Positions 57,150 to 64,000 of a stretch of DNA of 64,000 nucleotides are shown piece by piece (position 1 is the first letter of the stretch; each line of letters begins with the position of its first letter). Origin of the DNA: a virus. The notes beneath the pieces were generated by a model. It searched no databases. It saw only the letters and a program-made list of their open reading frames with translations, and was not told where the DNA came from. A program made the translations under genes and the position numbers. The stretch is taken from positions 1 through 64,000 of IMG/VR virus record IMGVR_UViG_3300035670_000059; one strand, 5' to 3'.

Positions 57150-57668
57150 ATGTGTGCAATGTTTGGAGGCTTACGAGATGTAAGCTTAATTAGAAAGATG
57201 AATCGTGAGCTGTTAGGTAATATAATTACCCAACAAGCTGCTTTCTACAAATACAAATTGCAGGAAACTAAAGTAAATTTATATGGTGAGGCAGCAGGTG
57301 TAAAATATTACGATGGTCCATTTCTATTTAACTGTTTAATAACTAGAGTAGACCAGCAATACCCAGTAAGTGATATGGGTGTAGAATACCAACAAGGTAT
57401 GTCATTTGCTTTTTTTAGAGATGATTTAGTAGATGCTAATGTAGTACCTGAAGTAGGAGATATTATATTATATCAAGATAGCTACCATGGAGTACAATCT
57501 ACAATAATTAACCAATACTTTGTAGGCAAAAACCCAGATTATCCAAATAATCAAAACCCATTAAACCCCGGATTAGAAGAATTTGGCTCAAGTATATCTA
57601 TAATATGCGATACTTTCTATATTCCAGCAGATAAGGTTGCAATTTCTCCATATAAAGAACGCATGTAA
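57150..57668 (+). CDS. head closure protein (gp14-like)
   Basis: NLYGEA, PEVGDII; follows gp13-like gene. Confidence 0.65.
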   Translation: MCAMFGGLRDVSLIRKMNRELLGNIITQQAAFYKYKLQETKVNLYGEAAGVKYYDGPFLFNCLITRVDQQYPVSDMGVEYQQGMSFAFFRDDLVDANVVPEVGDIILYQDSYHGVQSTIINQYFVGKNPDYPNNQNPLNPGLEEFGSSISIICDTFYIPADKVAISPYKERM

Positions 57669-58681
57669 TGGCTCGACCAAGAAAACCTGTACCCAAATCG
57701 CAACGAGAGATTAGTGAAAATCTCCAAAAAGCAACCGATCCGGTTAGAGGTAATCCTAATGCTAAAGTCAATCCAAACGAAAATGAAACCGGTATAGAGT
57801 TTAATCGTTCTACAAAACTAAGTTTTAAAGACGATACTACAAAGCCATTTTCTATTGGTATACAAGATTTAGATGAAGCGGTATTTTACTATTTTAAAAA
57901 TGTAATAAAACCATTTGTATATCAAAATGGTGAAAGAATTGAAGTACCAGTTATATATGGTTCTCCCGAAAGTTGGAAATCATTCCAAAAGGATGGATAC
58001 TATAGAGATAAAAATGGGGCAATAATGCTCCCATTAATAGCAGTAAAACGAGATTCTATATCTAAAGATAGGACTGTAGCAAACAAATTAGATTCAAACC
58101 AACCTAATCTATACGCTACATTCCAGAAGTCATTCAACCCTAAAAACTTCTATAGCAATTTTGCTGCTTTAAACAATAGAATTCCGGTTAAAACATTTCA
58201 TGCCGTAACTGTTCCCGATTACGTTACCTTAGAATACAGCTGCATTGTGCAAACATATTACATGGAACAATTAAATAAAGTAATTGAAGCCATTGAATAT
58301 GCTTCGGATGCATATTGGGGTGATCCTGAACGCTTTAAATTTAGAGCATTTATAGACCAATTTACTACAGCTACTGAGCTATCAGCAGGTCAAGATAGAC
58401 TAGTAAAAGGAACATTTACTATTCGTTTACGTGGCTATATTATACCTGACACATTGCAAAAGGATTTGAATTCTATCAAGAAGGTAAACTCCAAATCCAA
58501 AATTATTATACAAGTAGAAACAGTAACTAACTCCGATATATTTGATCCAAACATCAGAAAACTAAGTGATGGTAGAACTAGAAAAGATAGAGATACCGAT
58601 GGTAGAATCAACAGTGTTGGAGACGTAACACCAGGAAGAGAAACACAATCACCCGATCCCGGATCAGAATTAAGATCATAA
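57668..58681 (+). CDS. tail terminator/completion protein (gp15-like)
   Basis: VPVIYGSPE.W, LPLI, EQLNKVIE. Confidence 0.7.
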   Translation: MARPRKPVPKSQREISENLQKATDPVRGNPNAKVNPNENETGIEFNRSTKLSFKDDTTKPFSIGIQDLDEAVFYYFKNVIKPFVYQNGERIEVPVIYGSPESWKSFQKDGYYRDKNGAIMLPLIAVKRDSISKDRTVANKLDSNQPNLYATFQKSFNPKNFYSNFAALNNRIPVKTFHAVTVPDYVTLEYSCIVQTYYMEQLNKVIEAIEYASDAYWGDPERFKFRAFIDQFTTATELSAGQDRLVKGTFTIRLRGYIIPDTLQKDLNSIKKVNSKSKIIIQVETVTNSDIFDPNIRKLSDGRTRKDRDTDGRINSVGDVTPGRETQSPDPGSELRS

Positions 58682-58682
58682 G

Positions 58683-59066
58683 ATGTCAGATATTAGATTT
58701 ATAGATTCGTTAAATGTAGGAGCATATACCATTGAACCTGTCAGTGGTAGTATTAATATATTAGAAAATGTTAACAATTATGTAATTACGGCTACAGGTT
58801 ATCCTGACATTATACAAGGTGAACCTAATTTACAGTTCGATGGCTTAAATTTAACTATAGGCGGTAATTCCAGTGGTACATCTCGTTTAGAGGTATACCA
58901 CACGGGAAGTGTTGATAATTTAATGTTAATACGAAATGCGAGCACAAATACCGGTATTAAAGTAGATGGTGATGGTAGATTTCAATTACTAGAATTTGCT
59001 TCTTTACCCTCACCTATTGAAGGGGGGATTGTGTACGCGAGCAATGAATTTTATATAGGAATATAA
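58683..59066 (+). CDS. small fibre-like structural protein
   Basis: GEPNLQFDG, EGGIVY fibre-type motifs. Confidence 0.6.
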   Translation: MSDIRFIDSLNVGAYTIEPVSGSINILENVNNYVITATGYPDIIQGEPNLQFDGLNLTIGGNSSGTSRLEVYHTGSVDNLMLIRNASTNTGIKVDGDGRFQLLEFASLPSPIEGGIVYASNEFYIGI

Positions 59067-59107
59067 AAATAATAATATTTATAACAAATATACTTTTATA
59101 ATATAAC

Positions 59108-60133
59108 ATGGCAACCTGGAAGAAAATAATTGTTAGCGGCTCGAATGCTCATCTAGCTCAAATCACCTCCTCTGTTTTAACAGATGGTAATCTAATAATG
59201 GCGGGCACAGGTGGTGCTTTAAAAAATAGTAACATATCTTTATCTGGCGGAAATTTTAATATTGGGTCTAACTCCATTATTTCCACGGGTGCTAACTCAG
59301 TATTAACCGGTTCATTTAGTGGTTCCTTTGTTGGTACTACCAACTTACCAGATTTAACCCAAGGCGCGGGTATTGTTCCGTTTACTTATGATGGTGGAGG
59401 AACTGCTACTGTTGCTGTTTCTGGTGCTGCTGCTTTAAATAGTGATGCAGTAACAAAATGGAATGGTGCCGCATTCGTTAACTCTTCCTTAACAGATAAT
59501 GGCACAGTAGTATCAGGTGCTTCTTCTATTCAATTATCAGGTGCTAACTCTTCTTTAACAGGTTCATTTACCGGTTCTTTTACAGGTGATGGTTCAGGTT
59601 TAACAGGATTAGCTACTACTTTAGATGTATCTGGTTCAAATGGCTCTGGCATTTCAATTAATATCTTAACCCAAGATCTTACAATTGGTGGTACTGTAAA
59701 CGAAATTGAAACTTCTGCAGCTGGTACTACAATTACAATTGGTTTACCAAATGATGTAACAATTGGTCAAGATTTAGTAGTTAATAGAAACTTAACAGTA
59801 TTTGGTACTGCTTCTTTCCAACACACTGAAGATCTTGATGTAGCCGATAGATTTATCCGTTTAGCTTCTGGCTCAAACGCAGCTGGAGACGGTGGTATTG
59901 CAATACAACAAAGTAATGCATTAGATGCTGAAGTATTTGGATTTGATTCTGGTGCTACACGTTGGGGAGTAAGCAGCTCATTTGATGCTTCCCAAAATGC
60001 ATTTGTTCCTGATGCTTACATGGCTTTAACTTTAGAAGGAGCAGGTACAGATCCAACAGTAGTAGCAGCTAGATATCAAGTAAAAGGTAATATTTTTATA
60101 GGTTCAGATGAAGGTATTTGGATCTACTCTTAA
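59108..60133 (+). CDS. tail/neck fibre protein
   Basis: G/S/T-rich; GLPNDVTIG, LDVADRFIRL; TATTTATA at 59076. Confidence 0.7.
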   Translation: MATWKKIIVSGSNAHLAQITSSVLTDGNLIMAGTGGALKNSNISLSGGNFNIGSNSIISTGANSVLTGSFSGSFVGTTNLPDLTQGAGIVPFTYDGGGTATVAVSGAAALNSDAVTKWNGAAFVNSSLTDNGTVVSGASSIQLSGANSSLTGSFTGSFTGDGSGLTGLATTLDVSGSNGSGISINILTQDLTIGGTVNEIETSAAGTTITIGLPNDVTIGQDLVVNRNLTVFGTASFQHTEDLDVADRFIRLASGSNAAGDGGIAIQQSNALDAEVFGFDSGATRWGVSSSFDASQNAFVPDAYMALTLEGAGTDPTVVAARYQVKGNIFIGSDEGIWIYS

Positions 60134-60152
60134 TACATTAAAAAATTGGTTT

Positions 60153-60392
60153 ATGTCATTTACAGCAGCAAACATTATAGTAGGGGGTTCCAAAATTGAA
60201 GTGGAAACCCCCACTACTTCCTCCACCAACAATTCTACTACTCTTGAGCTAACAGACAAAGAACTTGAGCTGTTACTATTAACCATTAAAAATGGTTTGT
60301 TTAGAGGAGAATACGTTGAAACCGTATACAATCTAACTCTTAAGCTACAAAAACAGCTAGTAGATTTGAAATACAAAAACAACAAGCTATAA
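60153..60392 (+). CDS. hypothetical protein (possible fibre chaperone)
   Basis: ATG at 60153; helical; sits between fibre genes. Confidence 0.6.
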   Translation: MSFTAANIIVGGSKIEVETPTTSSTNNSTTLELTDKELELLLLTIKNGLFRGEYVETVYNLTLKLQKQLVDLKYKNNKL

Positions 60393-60423
60393 CTAGAAGC
60401 AGAGTATCCAATATTTATAACTA

Positions 60424-60480
60424 TATTATAGGCCCGTAAGGGAAGTGGACAGCACACATTTGCTGTAGCCAACCGTAATA
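60424..60480 (+). ncRNA. predicted three-way-junction leader RNA
   Basis: TATTA/TAATA closing stem, CCC-GTAA-GGG, TGG/CCA, ACAGCA/TGCTGT; between late promoter (60412) and GTG start. Confidence 0.5.
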
Positions 60481-60492
60481 AACAGATATAAA

Positions 60493-62055
60493 GTGCCAAA
60501 TTGGAAAAAAGTTATAGTATCGGGCTCCGATGCTAGTTTAAACTCGCTAGAAGTAACCTCTGCTTTTACAGCATCTGGTTTAATATACCCCACAACAGAC
60601 GGATTAGTCAATCAATCTATAGTAACAGATGGAGCAGGGAATTTATCATTTGGTAATCCCTATTCTGATAATACAATTGTTTACGGAAAAAATATTTCCG
60701 GAACTACTATACTAAAAGGCACCCCTTTATATTTTACAGGTAGTGGAACAGCGGGCAACGTAGTAGGTGTATTTCCTGCAGATGCCGGTAATCCTGCTAG
60801 AATGCCTGCAGGAGGCATTGCGGGAGAGCAATTATTGGATGAGGCTGAAGGTGTTATTTTATTAGATGGCTTTATTAACGGGGTAAATACATCAGCTTTT
60901 AACTCTGGAGACCCAGTATATGTAGCAGTAGGAGGTGGGTATACAAACATTAAACCTACCGGCTCAACTATTTTAATCCAAGCATTAGGATATGTAGAAA
61001 AATCCGCAATAAACGGTTCGGGAGTAATACAAGGTTCTGGTAGGGCAAATGACGTGCCCAACATTCAACAAGGATATACTTGGGTAGGAAATGCAGATGG
61101 TGTAGCAACACCTACTGCCACTTCTTCTTTTAGTGTAGCAAATGCAGTATCTGCCTCGTTTGCTACTAACGCATCAAGCTCTTTAATCGCTATTACAGCC
61201 TCTTACGCTCTATTTGCCGCAAACGGTGGTGGTGGAGGTGGAGGTGGCTCTACAGTAGTACATACCCAGTTAACAGCCTCAACTACGTGGAGTTTTTCCC
61301 ACAATCTAAACACACAAACTCCACTACTACAAGTATACAATATAGGATACGAGCAAATTATACCAAACGAAATCGTTAGTATAAACGCGTTTACCTCCGA
61401 AATACGATTTGACTATACACAAGCAGGTTACGCTGTTGCCTCTACAGGTGGTAGTTTAGCAGTTACGGGTTCAACACCTCGTTTAGTACAAACAGTAGCA
61501 GCTACAACGTGGTCTTTTGCTCACAATCTAGGAACCAAATACCCAGGATTTGAAGTATTCGATTCGAACGATGATGTTGTAATACCAGCAGGCATTCACG
61601 TAGTGGACGAAAATAATGCAGAAATATATTTTGCACTTCCTTCTACAGGTGTAGCAATAGCAAACTTTAGTGGTATAGAGGGTGTATTCCCATCTTCATC
61701 TTTTGCGTTTACCGCTTCATACTCAGACCAATTTAACATAGGTCAAACCCAAACTCAATACGCTACTGTTACCTCTTCTATAAACGGATCAAACACTGTC
61801 TTTACACAAGCAACAGGTTCGTACACCTCTGCTTTCTTCAAATACACAGTAACAAGTGGGTCTAATGCTCGTTCCGGAGAAATAATGTCGGTATGGAATG
61901 GAACAACTACAGCTTTTACAGACAACTCCACAACAGATATAGGCACAACAACAGATGTAACATCTTCTGTTGCTATATCAGGTACAAACGTACAGTTAAA
62001 CATGCAAACCAATACCGAGGGTTGGAGAATAAAATCAATAGCAACATTTATGTAA
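60493..62055 (+). CDS. tail fibre-like protein
   Basis: GTG start; N-terminus shared with 59108 protein; two TTWSFxHNL repeats; poly-Gly hinge. Confidence 0.75.
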   Translation: MPNWKKVIVSGSDASLNSLEVTSAFTASGLIYPTTDGLVNQSIVTDGAGNLSFGNPYSDNTIVYGKNISGTTILKGTPLYFTGSGTAGNVVGVFPADAGNPARMPAGGIAGEQLLDEAEGVILLDGFINGVNTSAFNSGDPVYVAVGGGYTNIKPTGSTILIQALGYVEKSAINGSGVIQGSGRANDVPNIQQGYTWVGNADGVATPTATSSFSVANAVSASFATNASSSLIAITASYALFAANGGGGGGGGSTVVHTQLTASTTWSFSHNLNTQTPLLQVYNIGYEQIIPNEIVSINAFTSEIRFDYTQAGYAVASTGGSLAVTGSTPRLVQTVAATTWSFAHNLGTKYPGFEVFDSNDDVVIPAGIHVVDENNAEIYFALPSTGVAIANFSGIEGVFPSSSFAFTASYSDQFNIGQTQTQYATVTSSINGSNTVFTQATGSYTSAFFKYTVTSGSNARSGEIMSVWNGTTTAFTDNSTTDIGTTTDVTSSVAISGTNVQLNMQTNTEGWRIKSIATFM

Positions 62056-62064
62056 ATATAAAAT

Positions 62065-64000
62065 ATGTTAATAAATTCACCAAATATATCAGGTTCGTTA
62101 ACGGTAACAGGCAATACTGTTATAACGGGATCTTTAACTGTACTAGGCGGTATAAACGCAACCATTACAGGATCTGCTACAAGTGCCTCATACGTTGAGT
62201 ATAGCAATGTAGCTAATAAACCTGCGTTAGTATCAAGTTCGGCTCAAATTGTAGGATACAATATATTTGCTACTACTGGTTCAAACCAATTTAATGGGAG
62301 CCAAGCCATAACTGGTTCTTTGACTGTAACAGGACAAGTAGTTGCTCAAACCTTGAATGTACAACAGGTAACTTCTAGTATAGTATATTCTAGTGGAAGT
62401 AATATATTTGGAAATAGTTTAAGCAATACACAACAGTTTACTGGAAGTGTGTCTGTAACTGGGAGTTTAACAGTGAATGGAACGTCTGCTGTAACAGGAA
62501 CTGGAACAACTAACTACTTGCCAAAGTTTACAGGTGCAAGTACGATTGGAAATAGTACAATAACCGATAATGGAACGACTGTTAGTGTTTTAAATAGTGC
62601 TTATACTGACGTTTTAAGAGTTGGCTCTACATCAAACTCGATTTATTTCTATCCAGATGGAGGCTCAGTTAACATAATGACTGGTACAGGATTTTCAGGT
62701 ACTGGAATAACGTTTGCTAGTGGTTCTAATTACTTAGACTTTAATACTAACTCGCTAACAAGAATGCGCATCACCTCAGGTGGTAATATTGGTATAGGTA
62801 CAACTAGCCCAATAGGGCCTTTAGATATAGCTGTTCCCGCAACTGGTTCCGCAATTGCTGCAACAACTTCTCAACAAGCATATAATTTTTCAAGATTTAG
62901 AATAAAACATTATACAGATTCAAATCTTGGATTATCTATAGGATATGCAGGTGCTAACTTTACATACATCCAAGCTTGCTATAATGAAGGTAGTGTAGCA
63001 CCCCTATTAATAAATCCTTTTGGAGGTAATGTAAGCATAGGCACGGCTAGTCCTTCAGCAACTCTTCATGTAGTTAGAGCAAATGATGGAGGCTCAGGAA
63101 CACCTGGAGTGATTTTATCTACAGCTAATGGAGCAAATGATATTGTAAGATTCCAAGATGGAACTACTACTGTTGCTGTAGTAAAAAATAGTGGTAATAT
63201 TGGTGTAGGAGTTGCTAGTCCAACTGGGAGCTTACAAGTAAGCAATGGAACACTTGGTCTTAATTTACAAGCTCATGTTGTAAATATTACTGGTAATAAT
63301 TATTCAAGTGCAACTATTGGTATATATGATGCAGCCTCATTAGCTGCAAATACTGGTGGTGGAATTAATTTTGGTGCATTTTATACTTCTACACAATTCA
63401 CAGAATTTGCATATATAAGAACAAATAAAGATACTGCTACATCTGGGGAATATGGGGGTTCATTAATATTTGCAACAAGACCAAATGGTGGGAGTGTAAC
63501 TGAACGCATGCGCATCACCTCAGTCGGCAACGTGCTGATTGGGACAACAACAGATAATGGGGTAGGTAAATTACAAGTAAGTGGTAGAACATTTTTAGAT
63601 AATGGTACTGGCAACGCTTTATCTATTGATACAACTGTAGCAGATACTACTACAAGAGATGCTATTTATTTAGTTGAAAATGACGGTCAAGCAACAGGAC
63701 GTCAAGCTATTTCTTGGTATAATGAAAACCAAACCTACTATAAAGCAAGACTGTGGACTCAAGTAGGATCTAGTTATAACGCTACAGTATTTGGGATTGA
63801 TGCAGCTGATGATACTAGGAGTGTAGATACTAGATTGGCAATTAGAAACGGTTATGTTTTTATGCCATCTTTAACTACAGGGACAGGTATTGATGATTTA
63901 GGATGGTGGTCGAGTTCAGGTACTACTTGGGGTTTTAATGGAATGTTGATGCGCATATCTTCATCAGCACGATACAAAAAGAATATTAGAGATTTAGAAC
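62065..64000 (+). CDS. tail fibre protein with intramolecular chaperone (peptidase S74) start, truncated by window end
   Basis: ATG at 62065; RMRITSxGNxGIGTxxP repeats; ends in frame with SSARYKKNIRDLE. Confidence 0.8.
   Translation, partial: MLINSPNISGSLTVTGNTVITGSLTVLGGINATITGSATSASYVEYSNVANKPALVSSSAQIVGYNIFATTGSNQFNGSQAITGSLTVTGQVVAQTLNVQQVTSSIVYSSGSNIFGNSLSNTQQFTGSVSVTGSLTVNGTSAVTGTGTTNYLPKFTGASTIGNSTITDNGTTVSVLNSAYTDVLRVGSTSNSIYFYPDGGSVNIMTGTGFSGTGITFASGSNYLDFNTNSLTRMRITSGGNIGIGTTSPIGPLDIAVPATGSAIAATTSQQAYNFSRFRIKHYTDSNLGLSIGYAGANFTYIQACYNEGSVAPLLINPFGGNVSIGTASPSATLHVVRANDGGSGTPGVILSTANGANDIVRFQDGTTTVAVVKNSGNIGVGVASPTGSLQVSNGTLGLNLQAHVVNITGNNYSSATIGIYDAASLAANTGGGINFGAFYTSTQFTEFAYIRTNKDTATSGEYGGSLIFATRPNGGSVTERMRITSVGNVLIGTTTDNGVGKLQVSGRTFLDNGTGNALSIDTTVADTTTRDAIYLVENDGQATGRQAISWYNENQTYYKARLWTQVGSSYNATVFGIDAADDTRSVDTRLAIRNGYVFMPSLTTGTGIDDLGWWSSSGTTWGFNGMLMRISSSARYKKNIRDLE

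Noticed and set aside
3115-63614. Numerous minus-strand ORFs antisense to long plus-strand genes
   Set aside because: Shadow frames caused by codon bias; no promoters or recognisable motifs.
58683-64000. Diversity-generating retroelement acting on fibres
   Set aside because: No reverse transcriptase or TR/VR pair visible in this window.

Overview
A 64-kb AT-rich segment of a large T4-like (contractile-tailed) phage genome, almost all on the + strand. The host is probably in the Bacteroidota: seven promoters match YTTG-N20-TAnnTTWA and Shine-Dalgarno motifs are generally absent. In order it contains: two tRNA-like elements and a palindrome-dense GC-rich island (0.3-1.1 kb); small early genes and a gp55-like late sigma factor (1.1-6.8 kb); a baseplate module (7-26 kb); primase and exonuclease (26-28 kb); a long cluster of putative capsid-packaged cargo proteins (28-43 kb); terminase, portal, prohead protease, scaffold, major capsid and PhoH (43.6-55.5 kb); neck and tail-fibre genes (56-64 kb). 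Late genes share a TATTTATA motif. Best novelty candidates: (i) a modular virion-cargo system, with capsid-targeting leaders (one copying the scaffold's C-terminal R-x-Q-K-L-A-G-I helix), polyproteins punctuated by L/I-x-E protease sites, and cargo cassettes inserted between 31-45 bp direct repeats; (ii) a putative virion O-glycosylation system, with poly-Thr insertions that appear to split baseplate genes and an adjacent SERGT1/HPAT-like glycosyltransferase; (iii) tRNA shells whose anticodon arm is replaced by variable structured inserts; (iv) a pseudoknot RNA followed by a terminator. All product calls come from motif recognition by eye; no searches were run.
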